In this document: in pieces, positions 51,629 to 63,090 of the stretch
Position numbering within the stretch: the stretch's first letter is position 1
Layout of the letters: every line of letters begins with the position of its first letter
Source: Achromobacter xylosoxidans
GTDB taxonomy: Bacteria; Pseudomonadota; Gammaproteobacteria; Burkholderiales; Burkholderiaceae_B
NCBI GenBank assembly: GCA_040396375.1
Contig: JBEBOQ010000011.1
Span: forward strand, 3,744-67,743
DNA: 64,000 nucleotides
Reading direction: 5' to 3'
Made by a program: the position numbers and the translations under genes
The notes under the pieces: generated by a model
What the model was told of the DNA's origin: nothing
The model's input: only the letters and a program-made list of their open reading frames with translations
Database searches by the model: none

Positions 51629-54600
51629 CTACTCTTTCTCATATCGCAGTTCGCGACCGCCCTGCGAGGCCGTCAATGCGCCGTCCGCACGTAATGCCAA
51701 TGTCATGTGCAACGGCGTGAGACTGGCCGCTTCGGGCAACGCCAGATCGACGCGCACGGACCGCGCCTGGGCATCCAACTTGCTGATGTCCGCGACATGC
51801 CAACGCGCGCCGGCAGGCAGCGGCACGAACACGGCCAGGGCCTTGAGATCGCCCGGCGCGATCGGCGCGCTGACGCCGTCGGCGCCTTCCGACTGCTTCG
51901 GTGTGCCGGCGTAATCGGCCGCCGCCGACGACATCGCCACATCGACCTTGACCGGCCTGCCCTGGTAGTAGACGCGTACCGTGAGTTGGTCCGCATCGGC
52001 GGGACGCGCATCCGCACGCACGTCGGCGATGGCGGAAAACGGCTGGATCGGCGGCGTGTCCAGAAAGACCTGCTTGCCATCGCTGCGCCACTGGCCACTG
52101 GCTTCGATGTCCACCGCGCCGTAGCTCATCAGGTATTGGAAGCGGCCGTCTTCCGTCAGCAGCAGTTCGCTGCCTACTTCGCGCATGCCGCGCAGATAGT
52201 AGTGGCCGGCAATGCCCGATGCAGCCTTCGCGGCGCCCTTGCCCGCGGCTGGCGCGGCCGGGCAGCTTTGCTTGAACGTTACGCCCGCAGCCTGCAACGC
52301 CGTCGCGAAGGCCGGCGCGGACTGGCACGCCAGCGTCTGGCGGAACGACTGCCCCTGCGGCGCGGCAGCGCCCTCGAACCGCGCCTTGTACCGCGCCAGC
52401 AGCGCCAATATGTCGGGCTGCCCGGTTTCAAGCGCCACCCATGCAGGACTGCGGCCCTGCGCATCGGCCGCGTCCGCGCTGGCGCCAGCGGCCAGCATGG
52501 CGTCGGCCAGATCCGCACGGCCGATCTGGATGGCGGCGATCAGCGGCGTATCGCCGTGCTCGGTGCGCGCATCCAGGTCGGCGCCCCCGGCCTTCAGGCG
52601 CGTCAACACGTCGACCACCGTCGGGCGGCGCGCGACCGTCAGTTGCCGATCGCGCAGCAACGCGGACAGGAGCCGCTGCGACAAGGCGCCGCCGTCTTTC
52701 ACGCAATCGGTGTGCGCGCCCGTGAAGCCCGCCACCTGTAGCTGGGCGAAATAGCCGGGCCTGTCCAGCAACGCATACTCGGCGCTGTCGGTCAGGCATG
52801 CGGCCGCGATGGCTTGCCCGCTGCCCTGCGCCACGCGGTTCACCCGCGCGATATCGCCCGAGGCCAGCGCGGCATTGAGCAGCGCATAGCGGGCAGGCGC
52901 ACGCGGCAGGCGCGGATCGTCCAACCGCGCACCGGCACGCAGCAGCCGGTCCAGCATGGCGTCGTCGCCGCGGCCGAGCGCCCAATACAAGGCGCTGCGG
53001 CCTTCGAGCGTCAGGCCCAGCGGATCCGCGCCTTTGGCCAGCAGCGCATCGACCATGGCCGGCTGGTTCGAGGTCACGGCCACCAGCAGCGGCGGTATGC
53101 CCTTGCGGTCGAACGCGTCCTCCGATGCAACAGCGGCGGCCGGCGGATTGACCGGCACGCCGGCATCCATCAGATAGGTCGCCATCGCCGCATCGCGGTT
53201 TTCCAATGCCTGACGGATCGCATCCGAATCCAATGTCTTCAGGTCCAGGCCGGCATCGACCAGCTGCCGCAGCATGGCCGCGCCCTGTTTGCCGGGCTGG
53301 CGCAGGGCCTGCGCCACGGGTGAATGCGCGGGGTCGGCCAATAGCGCCTGCAGGGATTCACGCGGCGTGGCCGCCAGCAGATCCTGCAACAGCGCGGGAT
53401 CGTCGGCGTCGATGGCGAACTCCAGCGCGGACTTGCGGTCGTAGCCTTGGCGCAGCAGCGCGGGATTCGCCCCCGCGGCCAACAGCGTGCGCGCCGCATC
53501 AAACTGATGGGCCTGCACCGCCTCGGCCAGCGGCGTATCGCCGTGCTGATCCGCGTTGTCGCCCTCGACCGACGCGCCCAGCGCCAGCAGGCGCTTTACC
53601 GTCGCCACGTCGCCCTTGCGCGCAGCCAGGTTCAGGATCGGCCGCGAGTCGGCCTCCATGCGGACGAAGACCGCGGTGTCGGTGCCGGTCTGCGGCCCGC
53701 GCTGGTTGAACGGCATGCCGGCGCGCAGCAGCGGCTCGGCAATGTCGCCACGCCCGGTCACCACCGCAGCCTGCGCCGCGTCCAGCCACAGGTCGATATC
53801 GCCCGTGGCGCCGTAGCCCGTGGCCGGCGTGGTGCGCGGCCCCAGTTCCATCAGGGCGGATACCGCGCCCGCGTTGCCGGTGTAGGCGGCGAGCGCCAGC
53901 GGGCTGATGCCGTCGCCATAGGCCGGCTTGGTACCGGTGGCGGCCAACGCCCGCACCACGTCGGCGCCTTCGGTCAGCTCCACCAGCGCCGGCCAGGCCA
54001 GGTAGTCGGCAGCCCGACGCGGCTGCCCCTGCGCGTCCTTGAACGCGTTGCGGGTGGTCTCGTCGGCGTGGTCATCGATGTAGGCGAAGGGGCGCGCGGC
54101 GCCGGCCTTGAGCAGCGCCAGCACCATGCGCGTGGTGTCCTGGCGGTCCGTCAACCTGGGCAGATAGGTCATGCGCACCGCGAATTCGAAATCGCGGTTC
54201 AGCAGGAATTCCAGCGGGGTCCGGTTTTCGTCGCCGCGTTGATCGGCGCGGGCGCCGGCCGCCAGCAGCATGTCCATGATGTCGGGCGAGCCGTACAGCA
54301 ATGCCAAGTGCAGTGGCGGTCGGCGCGATTCGTACGTGATGTCGTTCAGCGCCGGCTGGGTGGCCAGCAGGGCCGCCAGCATGCGGGTGCGGGCCGGCAG
54401 CGCGGCGCCCAAGGCCTGGCGCAGGCGCGCCGCCTCGTCCGCGGGCATGTCCCAATACACGTGCTTGCTGCGCGGCCATGGCGGCGTCAGCAGCGCATGC
54501 AGCAGCGGCACCCCTTCCCGCGCGTAATCACCGGGCCGAGCCACCTTGGCCAATGCGGCGCTGAACGCGGCTGCGTCGTTGGCGGCGACCGCAGCGAACA

Positions 54601-54898
54601 AGGCGCGCGTGTCAGCCGTGTCGGCCGACTTGTACTCGCGGTAAGGCGAATTGCAATCGCAGTTGTCCTTGGCCTCCGGCGCGGGACTGCCCCCGGACCG
54701 CTGGGACGCGTCGGCCGCCTCGGCCGCGCGGGCCTTGGTTTCGGTCTTGCTCGCGGCCTTGGCCTTGTCAGGGGCCTCGGCCCGCGCCGGCGGGGCGAAC
54801 CCGGCCGCCCCCAAGGACAGCGTGGCGGCTAGCAGCCCGGCCAGCGTGACAGCCTGGCGCGCGCCGCGCCGGGCCTTGCGTGGTGTCTTTTGCAGCAT
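51629..54898 (-). CDS. Large exported ankyrin-repeat protein with a C-terminal beta-rich domain
   Basis: Signal peptide ending PARA; repeats such as PPLHLALLYG..LLAAGA, GDTPLAEAV..LLAAGANP, GIPPLLVAV..LLAKGADP and GDTPLIAAI..LAAGAS. Confidence 0.85.
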   Translation of the reverse strand: MLQKTPRKARRGARQAVTLAGLLAATLSLGAAGFAPPARAEAPDKAKAASKTETKARAAEAADASQRSGGSPAPEAKDNCDCNSPYREYKSADTADTRALFAAVAANDAAAFSAALAKVARPGDYAREGVPLLHALLTPPWPRSKHVYWDMPADEAARLRQALGAALPARTRMLAALLATQPALNDITYESRRPPLHLALLYGSPDIMDMLLAAGARADQRGDENRTPLEFLLNRDFEFAVRMTYLPRLTDRQDTTRMVLALLKAGAARPFAYIDDHADETTRNAFKDAQGQPRRAADYLAWPALVELTEGADVVRALAATGTKPAYGDGISPLALAAYTGNAGAVSALMELGPRTTPATGYGATGDIDLWLDAAQAAVVTGRGDIAEPLLRAGMPFNQRGPQTGTDTAVFVRMEADSRPILNLAARKGDVATVKRLLALGASVEGDNADQHGDTPLAEAVQAHQFDAARTLLAAGANPALLRQGYDRKSALEFAIDADDPALLQDLLAATPRESLQALLADPAHSPVAQALRQPGKQGAAMLRQLVDAGLDLKTLDSDAIRQALENRDAAMATYLMDAGVPVNPPAAAVASEDAFDRKGIPPLLVAVTSNQPAMVDALLAKGADPLGLTLEGRSALYWALGRGDDAMLDRLLRAGARLDDPRLPRAPARYALLNAALASGDIARVNRVAQGSGQAIAAACLTDSAEYALLDRPGYFAQLQVAGFTGAHTDCVKDGGALSQRLLSALLRDRQLTVARRPTVVDVLTRLKAGGADLDARTEHGDTPLIAAIQIGRADLADAMLAAGASADAADAQGRSPAWVALETGQPDILALLARYKARFEGAAAPQGQSFRQTLACQSAPAFATALQAAGVTFKQSCPAAPAAGKGAAKAASGIAGHYYLRGMREVGSELLLTEDGRFQYLMSYGAVDIEASGQWRSDGKQVFLDTPPIQPFSAIADVRADARPADADQLTVRVYYQGRPVKVDVAMSSAAADYAGTPKQSEGADGVSAPIAPGDLKALAVFVPLPAGARWHVADISKLDAQARSVRVDLALPEAASLTPLHMTLALRADGALTASQGGRELRYEKE

Positions 54899-54981
54899 GG
54901 TTCCACCCTAGGCGGGTCCTTGCGGACGCGATGTTGCCCAACCCGTTGCGCGGCCCGCCGGGCCGCACGAATGCCGAAACG

Positions 54982-56349
54982 TCAGGATGCCTCGCGCGTC
55001 TTGCGCACTTGCGTCACGTCGACCTGCGCGCCGCCACGGGCGAAGCTCAGGTCCAGCCCCTGGCCAGGAGCCAGGTCGGCGGCATCGCGCACGATGCGGC
55101 CGTCGGCATCGCGGGCAATAGCATACCCGCGCGCCAGCGTGTTGCCGGGGTCCAGGGCGCGCAGTTGGGCGGTGGCCGAGGCCAGCCGATTGCGGCGCTG
55201 GACCAGCAGGCGCGCATGCGCCTGGCCCAACTGGCGTGCCACCGAGGCCAGCCGATCGGCGCCGCGGCCGGTGTCCGGGACGCGATGCGCCAGGCGCTGC
55301 GCCAGCAGATTGACGCGGGCGTTGCGCCGCGCCTGCGGCCCAGCCCAGGCGGATGCCAAACGGTAGCCCAGGCTGTTCAGGCGCTCGCGCTGGTGTTCCA
55401 GGCGTTGCGCCGGCGACACCAGTTGCGCGCTGGCGCGGTCCAGGCGCTGGGCGGCGCGCTCCAGGCGGCGCTGCTGGCCCCGCGCCATGGCCTGGGCCGA
55501 TTGCATCACGCGGCCCAGCAGGTCCGAACGCGGCACGCAGGCCAGTTCGGCGGCGGCGGTGGGCGTGGGCGCACGCACATCGGCGACGAAATCGGCAATC
55601 GTGAAGTCGGTTTCGTGACCGACGCCGCTGATCACGGTAATGGCGCTGGCCGCGATCTCGCGTGCCAGGCCTTCGTCATTGAAGCTCCAGAGGTCTTCGA
55701 TGCTGCCCCCGCCACGCACCAGCAGCAGTGTGTCCACTTCGGCGCGCTCGTTGGCCAGGCGCACCTGGGCGGCCAGCCGGCCGGCCGCGTCCGCACCTTG
55801 CACCGGCGCGGGGTAGATGATGACGGGCACTTGAGGCGCGCGGCGAGCCAAGGCCGACAGCACGTCGCGCAGAGCGGCGGCGTGCAGCGATGTCACCACG
55901 CCGATCGCGCGGGGCAACGGCATCGGTTCGCGCTTGCGCGCCGGGTCGAACAGGCCCTCGGAAGCCAGTTGTTCCTTCAGGCGCAGGAAAGCCTCGTACA
56001 GGTTGCCGATACCGGCGCGACGCATGGCGTCGACCTGCAATTGATAGTCGCCCCGCGGCTCGTACAGCGACACTCTGGCCCTGATTTCGACCTGGTCGCC
56101 GGCCCGCGGCACGAAGCCGACTGCACTGGCGCGGCCCCGGAACATGACTGCCCGCACGGAGGCGCGGCTGTCCTTGAGCGTGAAGTACCAATGCCCGGAA
56201 GCCGCCTGCGTGAAGTTCGAAATCTCGCCGCGCACCCACAGCGCCGGGATGCTGCGCTCCAACAACTGCCCCACTGCTTGGTTCAGCTGGGCAACTGTCA
56301 GGATATCCCGCGTGAATACGTTGTTTGTGACTGCAAGTTCAATTGTCAT
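54982..56349 (-). CDS. xseA: Exodeoxyribonuclease VII large subunit
   Basis: WVRGEISNF..SGHWYFTLKD, RGGGSIEDLWSFN, GVGHETD and APTPTAAAE. Confidence 0.96.
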   Translation of the reverse strand: MTIELAVTNNVFTRDILTVAQLNQAVGQLLERSIPALWVRGEISNFTQAASGHWYFTLKDSRASVRAVMFRGRASAVGFVPRAGDQVEIRARVSLYEPRGDYQLQVDAMRRAGIGNLYEAFLRLKEQLASEGLFDPARKREPMPLPRAIGVVTSLHAAALRDVLSALARRAPQVPVIIYPAPVQGADAAGRLAAQVRLANERAEVDTLLLVRGGGSIEDLWSFNDEGLAREIAASAITVISGVGHETDFTIADFVADVRAPTPTAAAELACVPRSDLLGRVMQSAQAMARGQQRRLERAAQRLDRASAQLVSPAQRLEHQRERLNSLGYRLASAWAGPQARRNARVNLLAQRLAHRVPDTGRGADRLASVARQLGQAHARLLVQRRNRLASATAQLRALDPGNTLARGYAIARDADGRIVRDAADLAPGQGLDLSFARGGAQVDVTQVRKTREAS

Positions 56350-56456
56350 AAGGCTTTCCGATGCGTACCTGTCCACAGGGCATACGTAGCGGGGCGCAAT
56401 GATACCGCGTTCGGGCATTTTTGCAGCAACCGCCCCGAAAGCGAGCAAATTCGGTG

Positions 56457-56588
56457 CAAGTATTTGTTTTTTATGGGATTTTTACAAAAGCAGTGCTGCT
56501 TCAATTTGAAGCAAACAAGCGCCAGCCCTGTGTTCACAAGCGTTCCGGCGAAGTTTTGCACAGAATTATCCACAACTTCTGTGGATAG
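56457..56588. promoter_or_regulatory. DnaA-box cluster with IHF-like and Fis-like sites (DARS-like element)
   Basis: TTTTGCACA (56554-62), TTATCCACA (56566-74) and TGTGGATAG (56580-88); CAAGTATTTGTTT (56457-69); GCTTCAATTTGAAGC (56498-512). Confidence 0.7.
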
Positions 56589-56702
56589 TTTCTGCGGCGC
56601 CCCGCCCTTGCCACATCCCCGCCGCACCGTTACAGTTTCGGCTTGATCAGATGCTTGGGCGCGCCCTTTTGCCCCGCCCCGGCGCTCCTGGAGTTAACCG
56701 CT

Positions 56703-57326
56703 TTGCTTTCCATCCTGCGCGAGGCCGGCTGGCCTATCTGGCCCCTGCTGGCGACATCCGTCCTGGGTCTTGCGCTGATTTTCGAGCGCTTCCTGTCGCT
56801 GCGCCGCAGCCAGGTCCTGCCGCGCGGCCTGAACGAGCAAGTGGCCGACATGCTGCGCAACCACCAGGACACGCCCGAAGCCCTGAACCGCCTGGAACGC
56901 AATTCGCCCCTGGGTCGCGTGCTGGCCGAAGTGATGCGCCACCGCCACCTGCCGCGCGAAGAACTGCGCAGCGTGGTGGAAGATACCGGCCGCGCCGTCT
57001 CTCACGACCTTAGCCGCTACATTCCCGCCATCGGCACCATCGCCGTGGTGGCGCCCCTGATGGGCCTGTTCGGCACCGTGGTCGGCATGATCGAAATCTT
57101 CGGCTCTTACACCCCGGGCGGCGGCGACCCCGCCCAGCTGGCCCGCGGCATCTCCATCGCGCTGTACAACACCGGCTTCGGCATCCTTATCGCCATCCCC
57201 GCCATGATCGCCCACCGCTACCTGCGCAGCCGCGTGGACGGCTACCTGAACGCCATGGAACTGTCGGCCTCGCGGCTGGCGCGCGCCGTGGCGCCGCAGC
57301 CCGCCCCGCGCGAGGGGCGTTCATGA
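56703..57326 (+). CDS. exbB: MotA/TolQ/ExbB proton channel family protein
   Basis: [14 protein letters not shown] and [12 protein letters not shown]; TTG start after GGAG. Confidence 0.88.
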   Translation: MLSILREAGWPIWPLLATSVLGLALIFERFLSLRRSQVLPRGLNEQVADMLRNHQDTPEALNRLERNSPLGRVLAEVMRHRHLPREELRSVVEDTGRAVSHDLSRYIPAIGTIAVVAPLMGLFGTVVGMIEIFGSYTPGGGDPAQLARGISIALYNTGFGILIAIPAMIAHRYLRSRVDGYLNAMELSASRLARAVAPQPAPREGRS

Positions 57327-57736
57327 ATTTCCGGGGCTCCCGGGGCGACCGCGACGAGCTGGACATCAACCTGATCCCGCTCATCGACGTCCTGCTGGTC
57401 ATACTTATCTTCCTGGCGGCCACCACGTCGTTTGCCCGCTTCACGCAGTTGAAGGTCACGCTGCCGCAGGCGTCCGCCGACCAGGAAACCCCGCCCGCAC
57501 TGGAAGTGGCCGTCAGCCAGGATGGCCGCTATGCGCTCAATGGCACGCTGATCGACGTCTCGACCCCGCCCGAAATCGCCGACGTGCTGCGTCAGGCGGC
57601 CGCCGGCAAGCCCGAAGCGCTGGTGGTCATCAACGCCGACGCCCAGGCCACCCACCAGTCCGTGATCAACGTCATGGAAGCCGCCCGGCTGGCCGGCATC
57701 AGCCGCGTCAACTTCGCCGCCCAGACCGCCCGGTGA
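57323..57736 (+). CDS. exbD: Biopolymer transport protein ExbD/TolR
   Basis: [16 protein letters not shown] and INADAQA. Confidence 0.9.
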   Translation: MNFRGSRGDRDELDINLIPLIDVLLVILIFLAATTSFARFTQLKVTLPQASADQETPPALEVAVSQDGRYALNGTLIDVSTPPEIADVLRQAAAGKPEALVVINADAQATHQSVINVMEAARLAGISRVNFAAQTAR

Positions 57737-58779
57737 GCGCGCGTCCTACCCAGGCCTCGCTGCTTGCACGCCAATGGCAACGCGGCGGCTGGCTCTCCAC
57801 CCTGCTCCTGCCGCTGTCCGCGCTGACCGCCCGCGTGGTGGCGGATAAGCGCGCACGCTACCGCGATGGCCGCAAAGCGGCGTACCGGGCGCCCGTCCCG
57901 GTGGTGGTGATCGGCAACATCTACGTGGGGGGCACCGGCAAGACCCCGATGGTCATTGCCACCGTGCAAGGGCTGCGCGCTCGCGGCTACACGCCGGGCG
58001 TAGTCAGCCGCGGCTATGGCGCGCGCGTCGGGCCGGATGCGCGCGTGGGGCAAGGCGAACTTGCCGCCGCCCAATTCGGCGATGAGCCGGCGCTGATCGC
58101 GCGTGTCACAGGCGCCCCTGTCTCGGTGCATCCGCGGCGCGCACTGGCCGCCCAGGCGCTGCTGCGCGACCATCCCCACGTGGACGTGATCGTCTCCGAT
58201 GACGGCCTGCAGCACCTGGCGCTGGCGCGCGATATCGAAATCGTGGTGCAGGACGAGCGCGGCGTCGGCAATGGCCGCCTGCTGCCCGCCGGGCCGCTGC
58301 GCGAGCCCGCCAGCCGACTGCGCGAGGTGGACGCGGTGATCACCAATATCGGCCTGCCGGACGGACGCCCCGTGGCCGCCTCCACCGACCGCCCCCGCCA
58401 AGTCGCCATGTGGCTCGAACCCGGCGACGCACGCCAGATCGAAGGCGGCGCGCGACGCCCCCTGGCGGATTTCGCTGGCCAGCCCGGCGTGGCCGCCGCG
58501 GCGGGCATCGGCAATCCCGAACGATTCTTTTCGACCCTGCGCGCGCAGGGCATCGCGCTGCAAGCCACGCTGCCGCTGCCGGACCATCACGATTACGCCG
58601 ATTCACCGTTCCAGGCGCTGACGGCCCAGACCGTGCTGGTCACTTCCAAGGACGCGATCAAATGCGCCGCCTTGCACGACGCGCGCCTATGGGAAGTGCC
58701 GGTGCAGGCCGGGTTTTCCGACCCGCAACTGTTCGATTGGCTGGCGCAAGCACTGCGCCAGCCTGCCCGCCAGGCCTAA
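57733..58779 (+). CDS. lpxK: Tetraacyldisaccharide 4'-kinase
   Basis: [28 protein letters not shown] and LPAGPLRE. Confidence 0.96.
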   Translation: MSARPTQASLLARQWQRGGWLSTLLLPLSALTARVVADKRARYRDGRKAAYRAPVPVVVIGNIYVGGTGKTPMVIATVQGLRARGYTPGVVSRGYGARVGPDARVGQGELAAAQFGDEPALIARVTGAPVSVHPRRALAAQALLRDHPHVDVIVSDDGLQHLALARDIEIVVQDERGVGNGRLLPAGPLREPASRLREVDAVITNIGLPDGRPVAASTDRPRQVAMWLEPGDARQIEGGARRPLADFAGQPGVAAAAGIGNPERFFSTLRAQGIALQATLPLPDHHDYADSPFQALTAQTVLVTSKDAIKCAALHDARLWEVPVQAGFSDPQLFDWLAQALRQPARQA

Positions 58780-58809
58780 GGTCCGCGAACCCCAGGCCTG
58801 GCGTACGCC

Positions 58810-61056
58810 CTAGAAAAACGCCGGCTTGGCCGCGCTGCGGCGGTGGGCGTATTCAGCCAGATTGCGCCGACGTGCCGCTGCTGCACGCCACCGTACCAGC
58901 GCCAGCGGCAGGTGCACCGCCACCAGCAATACCGCCAACGCCAGCCACAGCACCCGCGCCAGCGCCGGCCACGGATCGTCCAGCGAACGGCGCGCGTCAA
59001 CCTCGATGACCGGCGTACCCGATGCCTCGCGATCCACGGCCGTGACCATGCCGCCGATCTCGAACGGCATGGCGCCGTCGGCCGACATCATCGCCGCCTG
59101 GCGCTGCCACGCCAGGAGCGTGTCCTGCCGTTGTGCGCCGTCCAGCGGCTGAGGCAGCTCGGCGTAGGGGCCGGGCCAGACCTGCAGCACAGCGCCGCCG
59201 CGTTGACCCGCCATCATGGCGCGCGCCGACTGCTCGATGGCGGCTTGCACCACGGGCTGCATGCTGGACTTGGCCAGGCTGCGCACGTCGTCCGCATGAC
59301 GCGACAGGAACACCCCCTCGTCCGAATTGCCCTCGCGCTTGAAGGCGCCATCCTGCGCCAGCTTCAGCAGTTCAAACCAGCTGCTGGGCTCGTCCTTGGC
59401 CAACATCAGCTTGTCGGCCATTTGGGCCTTCAGGCGGTCGCACTCGGCGATCGCCTGGCCGGTGGCGGCGTCGCAGGCCTGCTCCACCGTCAACACCGTG
59501 GCGGTCAAGCGCGTGACCGTCAATGCCGACATATTGCGGGCGTTGTAGGCGGCCATCGGATTGCCGGCCATGCTGCTGTAGACCTGGCTGCGGACCAGCA
59601 TGTCCATCATCGGATTGGGCCGGGTCTTCAGGAAGCTGCCCGAATACAGTTGCAGCGCTGCGGGGGCCAGGCGCAGTTCGTCGGCGGACGCCGCATCGCC
59701 TTGCCAGCGCAGGCGCTCGCAGTCGAACCGCAGTGCATCGGGCCGGTACTCGTCCGGCTGGAACTGGCAGCGGCCCTGGCCGCGCAGCGCCACCATGTCA
59801 CCGACCGCGGGGGGATCCTGCGCCAGCGCGGCGGCCGACGCGTAGGTACGCGGCTGCGCCCCGCGCAGCCAGGCGGAAGTCTGCGCGATATCGCTTTCCA
59901 GGCTGGCGCCGGGCTTGGACATGAGCGTGGCGAACATGGCACCCGAGATCAGTCCGACCAGCGCCAACGTCACATGACGGCCCCAGTACACGCGCGGATA
60001 CAGGCGCTGCTCTTCGTCCACGGAATAGTGGTTGCCCAGGCGCAGCACGGCGTAGTCCTCGACCCGCAGGTCCACGTCCACGCGACCATCGTCCGGCAGC
60101 TCCAGGTTGGCGCGCCAGTGATCGGGCAAGGAAATAGGCAGCTTGTCGCCTAGAAACAGCTGGGTCGACACCGCTTGCGCATTCGCCGGATTGGTCAGCA
60201 CGATCGCGTTGAGTTCACCGCGTGCACGGTTGACCTTCTGCGGCGCGCCCAAGGGCTGGCGGCGCCAGGTCAGCCACAGCGCCAGCAACGCCGGCGCGGC
60301 GGCAGCCGCCAACCACACCACGCCGCCGCCCACGCCTGCGATACCGACGCTGGCGAACGCCACCAGCCACAGCAGGCCCGGCCAGAAGGCGATGCCGCGC
60401 GAACGCCGATAGGCGATCTCGGCCGGCGTCTCGTCGCGCTGGCTCAGGATCTCGACACGGGTGGCGTCGTCGAACTCGCGCGCGGCCTGGGCGTCAGGTG
60501 CCGGGTCGGCGGCGTTGGCCGCCAACGCGTCTGCGTCAAGCACGTTCTGCATCGCGCCCTGCTTGCCGCCCGCCCACTGCTGGTTCTGCTTTTGGCGGCG
60601 CGCATCGCGCTCGCGGCCTCCCACCAGGTCGAATTCGCCGTTCAGGGCCACGACGATGGCGAACTTGTCCGTCATGACGACTTCGGCCTGGTTGTCTTCG
60701 CGCAGGTAGTCGCGGGCGTCATACGGCAGCACCACGTCCACGCCGCCCAGCGTGTCGTGCATGGTCGTGGCCCCGTGGGACGTCTCCAGTCCGTGCCGCA
60801 CGAAAGTGCCGCGCAAGGGAAACACGCCGTCGCTGAGCAACTGGGCGGTTTTCTTGGGGCTGGCGGGGTAGACCAAGAACGGCTGCACCAGCGCCTGTTC
60901 CTCGGCGCTCAGGCGGCGCAAGGGCTGGCCTTCCTGCTTGAGTTCGCGCAGTGCGCTCTTGTTATCACTGCGGCGGGCCATATAGGTGATGCCGCTGATG
61001 ACCGACCAGATCAGGATGATGAGGAACAACCCGATCCGAATGGTATTGGAATCCAT
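58810..61056 (-). CDS. IgaA/UmoB family intracellular growth attenuator homologue
   Basis: Five-TM topology; RRLSAEEQALV, VEILSQRDET, LPDHW, SVDEEQRLYPRVYWGR, WLRGAQ..VGDMVALRGQGRC, FDC and ECDRLK blocks align by eye with IgaA; four periplasmic Cys. Confidence 0.8.
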   Translation of the reverse strand: MDSNTIRIGLFLIILIWSVISGITYMARRSDNKSALRELKQEGQPLRRLSAEEQALVQPFLVYPASPKKTAQLLSDGVFPLRGTFVRHGLETSHGATTMHDTLGGVDVVLPYDARDYLREDNQAEVVMTDKFAIVVALNGEFDLVGGRERDARRQKQNQQWAGGKQGAMQNVLDADALAANAADPAPDAQAAREFDDATRVEILSQRDETPAEIAYRRSRGIAFWPGLLWLVAFASVGIAGVGGGVVWLAAAAAPALLALWLTWRRQPLGAPQKVNRARGELNAIVLTNPANAQAVSTQLFLGDKLPISLPDHWRANLELPDDGRVDVDLRVEDYAVLRLGNHYSVDEEQRLYPRVYWGRHVTLALVGLISGAMFATLMSKPGASLESDIAQTSAWLRGAQPRTYASAAALAQDPPAVGDMVALRGQGRCQFQPDEYRPDALRFDCERLRWQGDAASADELRLAPAALQLYSGSFLKTRPNPMMDMLVRSQVYSSMAGNPMAAYNARNMSALTVTRLTATVLTVEQACDAATGQAIAECDRLKAQMADKLMLAKDEPSSWFELLKLAQDGAFKREGNSDEGVFLSRHADDVRSLAKSSMQPVVQAAIEQSARAMMAGQRGGAVLQVWPGPYAELPQPLDGAQRQDTLLAWQRQAAMMSADGAMPFEIGGMVTAVDREASGTPVIEVDARRSLDDPWPALARVLWLALAVLLVAVHLPLALVRWRAAAARRRNLAEYAHRRSAAKPAFF

Positions 61057-61250
61057 CGTCTTGCCTATCCTCTTTCTTAGAATCGCGGCGGATCATAGCC
61101 ATGATCTGTCCCGAAATATCTAGCGCCCGCGTCAAAACATGACAATAATTAACAGATCACGCAATTGAACGGACCCGTAGCGGCCTTGCGCCGTGCGCTT
61201 TAGGGCCGATGGCGGGCTGGCGGCGCCCAAACTGTTTTAGAATCCCGGTC

Positions 61251-61433
61251 ATGGAATCCCGCCTTCTCGACATCCTCGTCTGCCCCCTGTGCAAGGGCCG
61301 CCTCGAACACGACCGGACCCAGGCCGAACTGGTCTGCCGCGCCGACCGCCTGGCGTTTCCGCTGCGCGACGGCATTCCCGTCATGCTTGAATCCGAAGCG
61401 CGCTCGCTGGACGACGCCGCCGCTTCTTCCTGA
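61251..61433 (+). CDS. ycaR: Trm112 family protein YcaR
   Basis: [12 protein letters not shown] and [11 protein letters not shown]. Confidence 0.92.
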   Translation: MESRLLDILVCPLCKGRLEHDRTQAELVCRADRLAFPLRDGIPVMLESEARSLDDAAASS

Positions 61434-61444
61434 CCCGCCCCCAC

Positions 61445-62958
<1,514 letters not shown>

Positions 62959-63090
62959 TCGGCGCTTCGCAGGCCCCAGGCCTTCGGCGCCGGCCGGACG
63001 CAACGCGTTCCGGCCCCGGCCCGAAGGCCTTGTCGCATCCGGCGCCCGGCGCGCCGTTTTCATCCCTTGAATTGATCTGGTGGTAGAGAC

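Noticed and set aside
56440-56590. Possible oriC
   Set aside because: Few DnaA boxes, no obvious DUE repeats, and none of the usual origin-linked genes (dnaA, gidA, parAB) nearby; DARS/datA-like or promoter roles fit better.
62979-63030. GC-rich hairpin after adk as an ncRNA
   Set aside because: A single stem-loop with no recognisable family features; more simply an mRNA stability or termination structure.
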